Below are positions 1 to 9,110 of a DNA stretch of 64,000 nucleotides, piece by piece. The position numbers were made by a program, and so were the translations under genes. The notes under the pieces are model-generated. The model saw only the letters and a program-made list of their open reading frames with translations, did no database searches and was not told the DNA's origin. Source of the DNA: Pseudomonadota bacterium (lineage in GTDB: Bacteria > Pseudomonadota > Alphaproteobacteria > Sphingomonadales > Sphingomonadaceae). The stretch lies in the NCBI GenBank assembly GCA_029550345.1, contig JAKPHK010000076.1, positions 724 to 64,723 on the forward strand, given 5' to 3'. The first letter of the stretch is position 1; each line of letters opens with the position of its first letter.

Positions 1-506
1 AACAGGAGCATTCCCAGTGCCGCCCTGCCGACTGGAGTGGAGGTGTCCGCGATCCGCAGAACCAGTGCGGTCGATGACAGCGCCAGGGCCAGGCCCAGCG
101 CCAGTCCGGTCGGTGCGGAATTACCCAGCGCCATCAGCCCCAGTGCGATCAGCAATGCACTGCCGACAAGCTCAAGCGTGCCGAGCCGGAAAATGGTTCG
201 GCGCATCTGCCAGAGCCGCGCAAAGGACAGCTCGAGTCCGATCGTGAACAGCAGCAAAATAATCCCGAACTCGGCGAATGGCTCAAGCCGATGCGGGTCG
301 CTGATCGTCACATAGGCCAGCCAGGGATGTTGCCCCACCACGGCGCCAAGTCCGGCAGGGCCGACCAGCATACCGACCAGGATAAACCCGATGACCGGGG
401 TGATGCGAAAGCGCGCGAACAGCGGGATGACGATCCCGGCTGCGCCAAGGATTACAAGAGCATCGCCAAGCGATGATGAGGGGATGAATTCTGTGGGGCC
501 TGCCAT
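1..506 (-). CDS. Monovalent cation:proton antiporter-2 (CPA2, KefB/KefC-like), 5' part; truncated by window start
   Basis: Hand translation from ATG at 506: MAGPTEFIPSSSLGDALVILGAAGIVIPLFARFRITPVIGFILVG...AEFGIILLLFTIGLELS...LALSSTALVL; AEFGxxLLLFxIGLE and LSSTA are CPA2 motifs. Confidence 0.85.
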   Translation of the reverse strand, partial: MAGPTEFIPSSSLGDALVILGAAGIVIPLFARFRITPVIGFILVGMLVGPAGLGAVVGQHPWLAYVTISDPHRLEPFAEFGIILLLFTIGLELSFARLWQMRRTIFRLGTLELVGSALLIALGLMALGNSAPTGLALGLALALSSTALVLRIADTSTPVGRAALGMLL

Positions 507-554
507 GCCCCGTCTATGGCAGATGTCGGCGGATTTGCAGCCCCCTGACCAAAG

Positions 555-589
555 AAAAACGGCGGCAGGAGCAAATCCTGCCGCCGTTT
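555..589 (-). terminator. Rho-independent terminator of icd
   Basis: AAAAACGGCGGCAGGA-GCAAA-TCCTGCCGCCGTTT hairpin just downstream of the icd stop, U-tract on minus strand. Confidence 0.8.
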
Positions 590-612
590 GTTCGATTATC
601 GCGCCGTTTGGC

Positions 613-1836
613 TTACTGCCAGTTGGCCATTTCCGTTTCGAGGTTCTGAACGATCGCCTCGAAGAACCCTTCGGTGGTCAGCCACGGCTGATCGGGGCCG
701 ATCAGGATCGCGAGGTCCTTGGTCATCTGGCCGCCTTCGACGGTGTCGATGCAGACCTTTTCCAGCGTTTCGGCAAAGCGCACCACATCGGGGGTGCCAT
801 CGAACTTGCCGCGATAGATCAGCCCGCGGGTCCAGGCGAAGATGCTGGCGATCGGGTTGGTGCTGGTCGCCTTGCCCTGCTGGTGCATCCGGTAGTGGCG
901 GGTAACGGTCCCGTGGGCGGCCTCGGCCTCAACCGTCTTGCCGTCCGGGGTCATCAGCACGGAGGTCATCAGGCCGAGCGAGCCGAAGCCCTGTGCAACC
1001 TGATCCGACTGCACGTCACCGTCATAGTTCTTGCAGGCCCAGACGAACTTGCCCGACCACTTGAGCGCAGAGGCGACCATGTCGTCGATCAGGCGGTGCT
1101 CGTAAACGATCCCGGCCTTGTCGAACTTTTCCTTGAAGCCTTCGGTTTCGAACACTTCCGCGAACAGGTCCTTGAACCGGCCGTCGTAGGCCTTGAGGAT
1201 GGTGTTCTTGGTCGAGAGATAGACCGGCCAACCCAGGCCAAGGCCATAGTTGAAGCTGGCACGAGCAAAGTCGCGGATCGAATCGTCCAGGTTGTACATC
1301 GCCATCGCGACGCCCGAGCTGGGGAACTTGAACACTTCCAGATCGATGGTCTGGCCATCATCGCCGTCGAACACCAGGCGAAGGGTGCCGGGGCCGGGGA
1401 TCAGGGTGTCGGTCGCCTTGTACTGGTCGCCGAAGGCATGACGGCCGACCACGATCGGATCGGTCCAGCCGGGGATCAGCCGCGGCACGTTCTGCATCAC
1501 GATCGGTTCGCGGAAAACCACGCCGCCCAGAATGTTGCGGATGGTGCCATTGGGGCTCTTCCACATCTTCTTGAGGTTGAATTCCTCAACCCGGGCTTCG
1601 TCGGGGGTGATCGTCGCGCACTTTACGGCAACGCCGAATTCCTTGGTTGCGTTGGCGGCATCGACGGTGATCTTGTCGTTGGTTTCGTCGCGCTTCTCGA
1701 CCGAGAGATCATAATATTTCAGATCAATATCGAGGTAGGGCAGGATCAGCCGTTCGCGGATCCACTGCCAGATGATGCGGGTCATTTCATCGCCGTCCAT
1801 TTCGACGACGGGGTTCTTCACCTTGATCTTTGGCAT
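613..1836 (-). CDS. icd: NADP-dependent isocitrate dehydrogenase
   Basis: 407 aa; [43 protein letters not shown] motifs. Confidence 0.98.
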   Translation of the reverse strand: MPKIKVKNPVVEMDGDEMTRIIWQWIRERLILPYLDIDLKYYDLSVEKRDETNDKITVDAANATKEFGVAVKCATITPDEARVEEFNLKKMWKSPNGTIRNILGGVVFREPIVMQNVPRLIPGWTDPIVVGRHAFGDQYKATDTLIPGPGTLRLVFDGDDGQTIDLEVFKFPSSGVAMAMYNLDDSIRDFARASFNYGLGLGWPVYLSTKNTILKAYDGRFKDLFAEVFETEGFKEKFDKAGIVYEHRLIDDMVASALKWSGKFVWACKNYDGDVQSDQVAQGFGSLGLMTSVLMTPDGKTVEAEAAHGTVTRHYRMHQQGKATSTNPIASIFAWTRGLIYRGKFDGTPDVVRFAETLEKVCIDTVEGGQMTKDLAILIGPDQPWLTTEGFFEAIVQNLETEMANWQ

Positions 1837-1929
1837 CGTTTTTTCGCTTTCCCCGGGGATTCAACGGGCCTCCCTTAGCAGAGCTTCACAGTCGTGCAAG
1901 TAAGGGCTGGACGTAACGGCCCTGGACCC

Positions 1930-1945
1930 TTAATCGTTCGATTAA
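1930..1945. promoter_or_regulatory. Palindromic operator candidate TTAATCG-TT-CGATTAA
   Basis: Perfect 7-bp arms, ending 26 bp before the crotonase ATG; near-copy at 51365-51380. Confidence 0.5.
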
Positions 1946-1971
1946 ATGACGGATCGAGAGGAGTAACGAGA

Positions 1972-2739
1972 ATGAGCGAAGACCCCCAGGTGCTGACCGA
2001 AGTGCAAGACGGCGTCCTGATCGTCACGATGAACCGCCCCGAAGCCAAGAACGCGATGAACAAGGCTCAGGCCGAGGGGATCGCGGCGGCAATGGACCGG
2101 CTTGAAGCAGAGAACGATTTGCGCTGTGCGGTGCTGACCGGGGCCGGTGGAACCTTCTGCTCAGGGATGGACCTCAAAGGTTTCCTGCGCGGCGAACGTC
2201 CCAGCATCGAAGGCCGCGGTTTTGGCGGTCTGACCGAATGGACCCCGAAAAAGCCGGTGATCGCCGCGGTTGATGGCTATGCCCTCGCCGGCGGCATGGA
2301 GCTGGCGCTGAGCTGTGACCTGATCGTCGCCAACGCCGCGTCGAAGTTTGGGATTCCCGAAGCGAAGCGCGGCCTTGCCGCTGCCGCTGGCGGGCTCATC
2401 AAACTGCCGCGCCAGATCCCGCCGCGGATCGCCATGGAACTGGCGCTGACCGGCGATTTCATCACGGCGCAGCGTGCCTATGAACTGGGCTTCATCAACC
2501 GGATCGTCGAAGGCCCGGCGCTGGGCGGTGCGCTCGAACTGGCCAAGGCCGTTGCCGCCAACGGCCCACTGGCGCTGATCGCGTCCAAGGCGATCATCCG
2601 CGATTCGCACAGCTGGAGCGATGAGGAAATGTGGCAAAAGCAGGCGGCCTACATCGCTCCGGTCTTTACCAGCGAAGACGCCCGCGAAGGATCGCTGGCC
2701 TTTGCCGAAAAGCGCGCGCCGAATTGGCAGGGCAAGTAG
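1972..2739 (+). CDS. Crotonase/enoyl-CoA hydratase family protein
   Basis: MNRPEAKNA, FCSGMDLK, GYALAGGMELAL, FGIPEAKRGL; GAGGAG RBS before ATG 1972. Confidence 0.93.
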   Translation: MSEDPQVLTEVQDGVLIVTMNRPEAKNAMNKAQAEGIAAAMDRLEAENDLRCAVLTGAGGTFCSGMDLKGFLRGERPSIEGRGFGGLTEWTPKKPVIAAVDGYALAGGMELALSCDLIVANAASKFGIPEAKRGLAAAAGGLIKLPRQIPPRIAMELALTGDFITAQRAYELGFINRIVEGPALGGALELAKAVAANGPLALIASKAIIRDSHSWSDEEMWQKQAAYIAPVFTSEDAREGSLAFAEKRAPNWQGK

Positions 2740-2765
2740 GGCCGGAGCATTACCGCCGCGAAACG

Positions 2766-2794
2766 AAAAAGGCCCCGGGAAACCGGGGCCTTTT
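2766..2794 (+). terminator. Rho-independent terminator (crotonase)
   Basis: AAAAAGGCCCCGG-GAAA-CCGGGGCCTTTT. Confidence 0.8.
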
Positions 2795-2824
2795 CAACAG
2801 CACCGGATCATGTCTGTCTGGCGG

Positions 2825-2855
2825 AAAAGAAAAGGGCCCTGTTACGGGCCCTTTT
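2825..2855 (-). terminator. Rho-independent terminator (tRNA-Val)
   Basis: AAAAGGGCCC-TGTTAC-GGGCCCTTTT just downstream of the tRNA CCA end. Confidence 0.75.
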
Positions 2856-2872
2856 GCTTCTGCTGGTACGAA

Positions 2873-2947
2873 TGGTGGGCGTAGCAAGGATTGAACTTGC
2901 GACCCCTACGATGTCAACATAGTGCTCTACCACTGAGCTATACGCCC
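2873..2947 (-). tRNA. tRNA-Val(GAC)
   Basis: Reverse complement GGGCGTATAGCTCAGTGGTAGAGCACTATGTTGACATCGTAGGGGTCGCAAGTTCAATCCTTGCTACGCCCACCA; cloverleaf, GAC anticodon, encoded CCA. Confidence 0.97.
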
Positions 2948-3045
2948 GCACCGTTCGTGTCTGCCCGAGGCCGTCGCCCCGGGCAGGGGAGCGCCATTAG
3001 CGGGGCTCCCCGCAGATGGCAAGCCATTATCGGCTGCGCCTCAAA

Positions 3046-3420
3046 TCAGATGCTGGCCTGGGCCTGCTGGCCGAAAATCCGTTCAACCTCCATCACCAGA
3101 TCGCGCAGATGGAACGGCTTGGACAGCACCTTGGCCTGCGGCGCCTCACGGCTGGCCTTGAGCGTAACCGCAGCGAAGCCGGTGATGAACATCACCTTGG
3201 TCTTGGGGCTGATTTCAGCACATTTCTGCGCCAATTCGATTCCGTCCATCTCCGGCATGACGATGTCGGACAGCAGCAGATCGAATTCGGAAGTCTTGAG
3301 CAGGGGCAGGGCGGCCGTGCCGCGATCGACCGCGACGACTACATAGCCTGCGTTTTCCAGCGCGCGCGCCAGATATGTACGCATGGCTTCCTCGTCTTCG
3401 GCCAAAAGGATACGGATCAT
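3046..3420 (-). CDS. cpdR: Single-domain response regulator CpdR (ClpXP adaptor)
   Basis: 124 aa receiver: ILLAEDE, LLLSDIVMPEMDGIEL, FITGFAAV, LSKPFHLRDLV; typical position between tRNA-Val and N-formylglutamate amidohydrolase. Confidence 0.92.
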   Translation of the reverse strand: MIRILLAEDEEAMRTYLARALENAGYVVVAVDRGTAALPLLKTSEFDLLLSDIVMPEMDGIELAQKCAEISPKTKVMFITGFAAVTLKASREAPQAKVLSKPFHLRDLVMEVERIFGQQAQASI

Positions 3421-3571
3421 CGCAGACCTTCTTCATTTATCGGTTCGGTAAACCCGGCGAAGCGTTCCCGGGCAATTCAGAATATCCCTACACCGGGACG
3501 GGTTAACAATCCGCCTGCAATTTGCACACTGCTCGCTTTGACACAGGCCGGCTTAGGCCGCAGCAAGGGGT

Positions 3572-4519
3572 ATGGATCGGACCACGACCACACCTGGCGA
3601 TTCGCTTACCCGCTATGGCGGCTCGATACCGGGCGGTGCAAGGCAGGCCGCCTATCGGCTGACCGCACCGGCGGCTTCCGAATTGCCGATCCTGATCGCG
3701 GTGCCCCATGCTGGGCGCGCCTATCCCGGCGCACTGCTCGATTCGATGCGCAACCCGGGTTTCGCCGCGCTCAAGCTGGAGGATCGGTTCGTCGATTTGC
3801 TGGGCGAAGGGGTGCGGCGGGAAACCGGTGTGCCGCTGCTGGTGGCCCAGGCCCCGCGCGCGATGATCGACCTCAACCGCGCCGAGGAAGAGGTTGATTG
3901 GGATATGTTCGCGCGCGGCAAGCCCGACAGTCTCGGCAGCTATTCTCCCGGGGTGCGGGTTCGCAGCGGACTCGGGTTGATCCCGCGCCGGATTCCCGGA
4001 CTGGGTGAACTGTGGAAACGGCGCCACGAACATTCGGAGCTGGAAAGCCGGATTGCGGCGATTCACCGGCCCTATCACGAAGAGCTGGCCCGGACCCTGG
4101 TGGCCATGCGCGACCGTTGGGGGGCGGCGCTGCTGATCGACCTTCACTCAATGCCGCCGCTGGGGGCGAATGGCGCGCAGCAAGCTGCGGAATTCGTCGT
4201 CGGGGACCGGTTCGGTACGGCCTGTGATGGCGCGCTGATTGGGGCCTGCTTTGGTCATTTTGCCGAACTGAAGCGCCTTGCCGCCCATAATCGTCCTTAT
4301 GCCGGTGGTTACGTGCTTGAGCGCCATGCCGCACCCGCGGCGGGAATCCATGCGATCCAGCTTGAAATCGACCGGACCAGCTATCTCGATAGCCGGATGG
4401 CGGAACCCGGCCCCGGATTTGATGACATGGTAACGATGCTTGCGGGACTGGTGCGGCGTCTGGCGATTGCCGTCGCCGATCTTGGGCGGCGCGGAGAATG
4501 GGCCAGCGCAGCCGAGTGA
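3572..4519 (+). CDS. N-formylglutamate amidohydrolase family protein
   Basis: PHAGR, EDRFVD, RAMIDLNR, HRPYH, DLHSMP, NRPYAGG, IQLEIDR motifs. Confidence 0.92.
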   Translation: MDRTTTTPGDSLTRYGGSIPGGARQAAYRLTAPAASELPILIAVPHAGRAYPGALLDSMRNPGFAALKLEDRFVDLLGEGVRRETGVPLLVAQAPRAMIDLNRAEEEVDWDMFARGKPDSLGSYSPGVRVRSGLGLIPRRIPGLGELWKRRHEHSELESRIAAIHRPYHEELARTLVAMRDRWGAALLIDLHSMPPLGANGAQQAAEFVVGDRFGTACDGALIGACFGHFAELKRLAAHNRPYAGGYVLERHAAPAAGIHAIQLEIDRTSYLDSRMAEPGPGFDDMVTMLAGLVRRLAIAVADLGRRGEWASAAE

Positions 4520-4525
4520 TTTCCA

Positions 4526-4634
4526 TGAAAAAACCACCTCGTGCATGAAGCACGAGGTGGCCAAGGTTCAGGGAGGAGGTGCACGAAATGTGCACCAAGC
4601 CCTACCGGGCCATGAGGGCAGCACCGGCAGAACA
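4526..4634 (-). ncRNA. Probable alpha-r8/suhB-family sRNA (MmgR/GsrN-like)
   Basis: CCUCCUCCCUGAACCUUGG core between hairpins, terminal hairpin CCACCTCGTGC/GCACGAGGTGG plus U6; convergent with N-formylglutamate amidohydrolase, the synteny known for mmgR. Confidence 0.7.
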
Positions 4635-4640
4635 GTGTTG

Positions 4641-4669
4641 AGGATAGGCATCTCTGGCCACTTGCGCAA
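4641..4669 (-). promoter_or_regulatory. RpoD-like promoter for the sRNA
   Basis: TTGCGC-N17-TATCCT on the minus strand. Confidence 0.5.
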
Positions 4670-4747
4670 GAGGCAAGCGGCTAGGGCGGAATGATTCGCC
4701 GGGTTCGCCCGGTCCAGCCTGCTCCGCCCCGCCTATCCCTATCGCAA

Positions 4748-5521
4748 TCAGGCGGCGGGGGCCAGGACCGGACCCTTGCCCTGCTGGACCTGCCGACCGA
4801 ACACTTCGCTCATGTGCTCAAGGCTGAAGATGTGGGCAAAGATCAGCGCCAGCATACCGCTCTGGTTCATCGTGCGCAGCACATCGCCGCGCAGTTCGCG
4901 CAGCTTTTCCTGATCGATCATCTTGAAGCCGCGATAGACGAAGGGCTGGTCATTGCCCTGCTGCTGGATCGCCACTTCGCCGTCCATCAGCAGACCGTGC
5001 TTCATCAGTTCGTCAACGAAGGCCTGGGTGCGGAACCCGGCTTCTTCAAAGTTGCGGCAGAAATCGAGGGTGGCCTGGCAGCTTTCGCTGGGCTGGCCAT
5101 CGATGAACAGCGGATTGCCGTCCGAGAAATCACCGATCAGATCGCTGGTCGGGTCAAAGCAAAGCGACAGTTCTTCGCTTTCCGGGTTCAGCTTGGCCAG
5201 CAGGAACGGGTAGCGGCGGACATAGGCCGGAACATAGACCGGATCGGTCAGCTTGCCGGTTTCGTCGAAGAAGGTATTCACGCCTTCGTTCAGCCCCATC
5301 AGCGCCAGCGGCACCGGAGTATCCGAATTCGAGAAGACGATCGGGTAATTCCGCGATGCGTGGACGAATTCCTCGGCGGTCAGCGGAATAGCGTGCTGGC
5401 CAACGATCCAGGTGGCGTTTTCAGTGCTCTTGCTGCCCCAATTCGCGTGATCGCGGCTATTGAGCGGCATCAGGTCCTTGTAAAACAACGGCAGATTGGC
5501 GGCTTGCGGCGCGCTGGCCAT
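4748..5521 (-). CDS. SapC family protein
   Basis: LPLFYKDLMPLN, IPLTAEEF, YPIVF, YVPAYVRRYPF; start at MASAPQ after GGAGA RBS. Confidence 0.88.
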   Translation of the reverse strand: MASAPQAANLPLFYKDLMPLNSRDHANWGSKSTENATWIVGQHAIPLTAEEFVHASRNYPIVFSNSDTPVPLALMGLNEGVNTFFDETGKLTDPVYVPAYVRRYPFLLAKLNPESEELSLCFDPTSDLIGDFSDGNPLFIDGQPSESCQATLDFCRNFEEAGFRTQAFVDELMKHGLLMDGEVAIQQQGNDQPFVYRGFKMIDQEKLRELRGDVLRTMNQSGMLALIFAHIFSLEHMSEVFGRQVQQGKGPVLAPAA

Positions 5522-5588
5522 AATGGTCTCTCCAGTAAGTCGGTGGTGTCCGGCCCGGACTGGGCCAGGCAGGCACGAATGCGGGCCT

Positions 5589-7013
5589 TTAAGCGGTTGT
5601 CGCGGCTCGCGCAAGCAGCTTGCCCGGGTTCATCAGACCCTGTGGATCGAGCGCCTGCTTGATCCGGCGTTGCAGATCAAGCGTGACTGGATCCGCCAGC
5701 CTGACAAGTTCGGCAACCTTCATCTGGCCGATCCCGTGTTCGGCTGAAATCGTCCCGTGCCATTCGCTAACCAGATCATGGACCGCACGGCTGATTTCCT
5801 TTCCGGCGTCAGCTTCCCAGCTCTCCCGATCCGAGCCTGGCGGGGCCTGGACGTGGAAGTGGACATTGCCGTCGCCCAGATGGCCAAAGCCGAAGGCCCG
5901 GGTGCCGGGCCAGCGCGCCTCGATCGCGGGGACAGCGGCGTCAACGAAATCGGCCATCAACGCTACTGGCACCGCAATGTCGTGCTGCATTGCCGGCCCC
6001 TTTGCCCGTTCGGCGGGTGAAATCGATTCGCGCAGCAGCCAGAAAGCGTCGGCCTGGGCCTCACTTTGGGCGATGACCGCATCGTTGAGCAGGGCAGCGG
6101 CATCAGCCAGCAGCTGCTCCGCAAGCAACGCGGGGGCATCGCCGACCAGTTCGATCAGTGCGTGCCATGGGTGGCTTGCCCCCAGCGGCGACCGGGCATC
6201 GGGCAAATAGGCCAGCACCGCATCCAGGCAGGATTGCGGCAACACCTCAAACCCTTCCAGTGCGGCTCCTGCCGAAGCCTCAAGCGCTGTCAGCAGCGAC
6301 CGGGCCTGCTGTAACGACGATAGCCCGATCCAGGCCACACAGCGGGCCGTCGGCGCGGGGGATAGCCGCAGCGTTGCCGCCGTGACAATGCCCAGCGTGC
6401 CTTCGGCGCCGATCAGCAAGTGTTTGAGATCGATCCCGCGATTGTCCTTCTTGAGCGGGGTCAGCGCGGACCAGACCGATCCATCGGCCAGCACCGCTTC
6501 CAGCCCCAGCACCTGTTCCCGCATCGAGCCATGGCGCAGGACCTGCGTCCCCCCGGCATTGGTGGAAATCAGGCCACCGACCGTGGCCGATCCCTTGCCG
6601 CCAAGGGTGAGGGGGAAGCGCAGCCCGGCACCTTCGGCTGCCACGTGCAGCGATTGCAGGATCACGCCGGCTTCGCACACGATCGTCCCGGCCGTTACAT
6701 CCAGCGCGCGGACCGCGTTCATTCGGCGCAGTGACAGCAACAGCGATCGGCCGTCCGGGGAAGGGGTCGCTCCGCCGGACATTCCGCTGTTCCCGCCTTG
6801 CGGCACAATCGGAACCGCCGATTCTGCGCAAAGCCTGACGAGCGCCGCCACCTCTGCCGTGCTGGCGGGTGAGGCCATGCCGATCGCCGCGCCCGAATAG
6901 CGCCCTCGCCAGTCGGTCAGCCACGGCTTCATCAGGTCCGGGTCACGGGTAAAGCCGCGCGGCCCCAGCAGGCGTTCGGCCTGCGCGATAAAGCGTTCTG
7001 GTGGGCGGTTCAT
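5589..7013 (-). CDS. FAD-linked oxidoreductase (D-2-hydroxyacid dehydrogenase/GlcD-like)
   Basis: PQGGNSG, GGLISTNAGG, LIGAEGTLGIVT, GHLGDGNVH, SAEHGIG, MNPGK. Confidence 0.92.
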   Translation of the reverse strand: MNRPPERFIAQAERLLGPRGFTRDPDLMKPWLTDWRGRYSGAAIGMASPASTAEVAALVRLCAESAVPIVPQGGNSGMSGGATPSPDGRSLLLSLRRMNAVRALDVTAGTIVCEAGVILQSLHVAAEGAGLRFPLTLGGKGSATVGGLISTNAGGTQVLRHGSMREQVLGLEAVLADGSVWSALTPLKKDNRGIDLKHLLIGAEGTLGIVTAATLRLSPAPTARCVAWIGLSSLQQARSLLTALEASAGAALEGFEVLPQSCLDAVLAYLPDARSPLGASHPWHALIELVGDAPALLAEQLLADAAALLNDAVIAQSEAQADAFWLLRESISPAERAKGPAMQHDIAVPVALMADFVDAAVPAIEARWPGTRAFGFGHLGDGNVHFHVQAPPGSDRESWEADAGKEISRAVHDLVSEWHGTISAEHGIGQMKVAELVRLADPVTLDLQRRIKQALDPQGLMNPGKLLARAATTA

Positions 7014-7068
7014 GGCGCAATGCTATGGCACATCGATGCACCGCCTTGCCAGTCCCGCGCGGATAGGG

Positions 7069-7083
7069 TTAAGCGATGGTTCA
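7069..7083. promoter_or_regulatory. Possible CtrA box (TTAA-N7-TTCA)
   Basis: One mismatch to TTAA-N7-TTAA, just upstream of the secreted hypothetical gene. Confidence 0.35.
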
Positions 7084-7110
7084 ATCTTGGACGCTATCTA
7101 CACGGGGGCA

Positions 7111-7596
7111 ATGTCGTCCATCGCGTACTTTCTGGCACCGATTGCCGCGCTGGTTGCCTCGCTTGGCGGGGCGGGGCCTGATCGTGCCGATCCGCTGCAA
7201 CCGGCCACGGCCCAGCAGGTTTCGATCCAGCAGCGTGTGACCGTCCGGATCGGTCCGCGTCCGGCGCCGATGCAATCAATGATGTTCGACAACGAAATGG
7301 AAGTCGATCGCGGTCCTCGCTGGGTTGAGCGCAAGATGGGCAGCTGCATTTCGATCAATTCGATTGCCGGCACCCAGCCGATCGACAATTCGCGGTTGTT
7401 GCTGGTTCTGGCCGACCGGCGGATGGTAACGGCGCGGCTCCAGAAGGGTTGCCAGGGACGCGATTTCTATTCCGGTTTCATCGTCGCGCGCAATGCCGAC
7501 GGGCAGATCTGCACCGGGCGTGACAGTCTGCAATCGCGCAGCGGCACGACCTGTCAGGTCACTGCCTTCAACCTGCTGGTGCAGGTCGGGGGCTGA
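7111..7596 (+). CDS. Conserved hypothetical exported protein with four cysteines (DUF6491-like)
   Basis: Hydrophobic N-terminus; CISI..I.G, C.GRDFYSGF, DGQICTGRD.LQSRSG..C pattern. Confidence 0.65.
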   Translation: MSSIAYFLAPIAALVASLGGAGPDRADPLQPATAQQVSIQQRVTVRIGPRPAPMQSMMFDNEMEVDRGPRWVERKMGSCISINSIAGTQPIDNSRLLLVLADRRMVTARLQKGCQGRDFYSGFIVARNADGQICTGRDSLQSRSGTTCQVTAFNLLVQVGG

Positions 7597-7717
7597 GGCC
7601 CCGGGTTTTCTTGACTTTGCAGGTGTTTTCGGACTAGGGCGCGGCCCAAGCCAATGCCGCCAGGGGGCTCCCGGCGGGCTACTTCCTTCAAATCCAGACA
7701 AGCAGTTGTAACCGCCC

Positions 7718-9088
7718 ATGAAATTTGCCGATCTCGGCCTGTCAGACGAATTGCTCGGCGCGGTTACCGCGAAGGGATACGATACGCCCACCCCGATCCA
7801 GGCCCAGGCAATCCCCAGCGTCCTGATGATGAAGGACCTGATCGCGATCGCCCAGACCGGGACCGGCAAGACCGCCAGCTTCGTGCTGCCCATGATCGAC
7901 ATTCTGGCCCACGGTCGGCGCCGCGCGATGATGCCGCGCAGCCTGATCCTGGAACCGACCCGCGAACTGGCCGCCCAGGTCGCCGAAAACTTTGAGCAGT
8001 ACGGTGTCAACCACGATCTGAAAATGGCGCTGCTGATCGGCGGCGTGCAGATGGGTGATCAGGTCAAGGCACTGAACGAAGGCGTGGACGTGCTGATCGC
8101 CACCCCGGGCCGGCTGATGGACCTGTTCGAACGCGGCAAGATCCTGCTGACAGGTTGCGACCTGCTGGTGATCGATGAGGCGGACCGGATGCTCGACATG
8201 GGCTTCATCCCCGACATCGAGACGATTTGTTCCAAGCTGCCGGCCAACCGCCAGACCCTGCTGTTCAGCGCAACCATGCCGCCGCCGATCAAGAAGCTGG
8301 CGGACAAGTTCCTGAGCAACCCGAAATATATCGAGGTTGCCCGGCCGGCCACCACCAACACCAACATTGCTCAGCACAAAGTTCCGGTCGCTTCCAACCG
8401 GGTCAAGCGTGAGGTGCTGCGTCACCTGCTCGAAACCGATGATGTCGCCACCGCGATGATCTTCTGCAACCGCAAGACCACGGTGCGTGAGCTCAACAAG
8501 AGCCTGCAACGCCACGGCTTTGCCAGCGCCGAAATTCATGGCGACATGGATCAGCCGCAGCGCTTGGCGGAATTGCAGCGTTTCAAGGACGGGGTGGTCA
8601 ACATCCTGGTCTGTTCTGACGTTGCGGCGCGCGGGCTAGACATCAAGGGCGTCAGCCACGTGTTCAACTTCGACACGCCCTGGCACCCGGACGATTACGT
8701 GCACCGCATCGGCCGCACCGGCCGCGCCGGGGCAACCGGCCGCGCTTTCACGCTGGTCGCGCCGGAAGATGCCGAAGCGATCGAGAACGTTGAAAAGCTG
8801 ACCGGCGGCAAGGTGCCGGTGTTCGAGGTGGAGCTTGGCGGCAAGACGGCAAAGCCCGAACGCGCCGAACGCAAGCCGAAGGAAGAGCGCAAGCCGCGCG
8901 AAGCCAAGGCCGAACCGGCCCCGCGCGAGCCTCGTCAGGAGCGGCAGGAAAAGCCCCGTCAGGATCGCCCAAAGCGCGACGGCACCAAGCCGCCCCGCAA
9001 TGCCTCGCGCCGCGAAGCCGAAGAGGTCGATGAACCCGGCGTGTGGAACGGCCCGGTCCCCAGCTTCCTGGGCGTTTCAGCGCTGTAA
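7718..9088 (+). CDS. DEAD-box RNA helicase
   Basis: Q motif, AQTGTGKT, PTRELA, DEAD, SAT, HRIGRTGRAG; basic C-terminal tail. Confidence 0.96.
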   Translation: MKFADLGLSDELLGAVTAKGYDTPTPIQAQAIPSVLMMKDLIAIAQTGTGKTASFVLPMIDILAHGRRRAMMPRSLILEPTRELAAQVAENFEQYGVNHDLKMALLIGGVQMGDQVKALNEGVDVLIATPGRLMDLFERGKILLTGCDLLVIDEADRMLDMGFIPDIETICSKLPANRQTLLFSATMPPPIKKLADKFLSNPKYIEVARPATTNTNIAQHKVPVASNRVKREVLRHLLETDDVATAMIFCNRKTTVRELNKSLQRHGFASAEIHGDMDQPQRLAELQRFKDGVVNILVCSDVAARGLDIKGVSHVFNFDTPWHPDDYVHRIGRTGRAGATGRAFTLVAPEDAEAIENVEKLTGGKVPVFEVELGGKTAKPERAERKPKEERKPREAKAEPAPREPRQERQEKPRQDRPKRDGTKPPRNASRREAEEVDEPGVWNGPVPSFLGVSAL

Positions 9089-9110
9089 TCCTCCCCAAGC
9101 CGGGAAGGTT

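Noticed and set aside
391-1878. 495-aa plus-strand ORF antisense to icd (likewise 48636-50723, 59843-61888, 62259-63761, 34364-35731)
   Set aside because: Shadow ORFs expected from GC-rich codon bias on the opposite strand; no recognisable motifs.
2740-2947. Genomic island at tRNA-Val
   Set aside because: The tRNA 3' end is followed directly by terminators and a core gene; I saw no duplicated 3' end or integrase, so the site appears empty.
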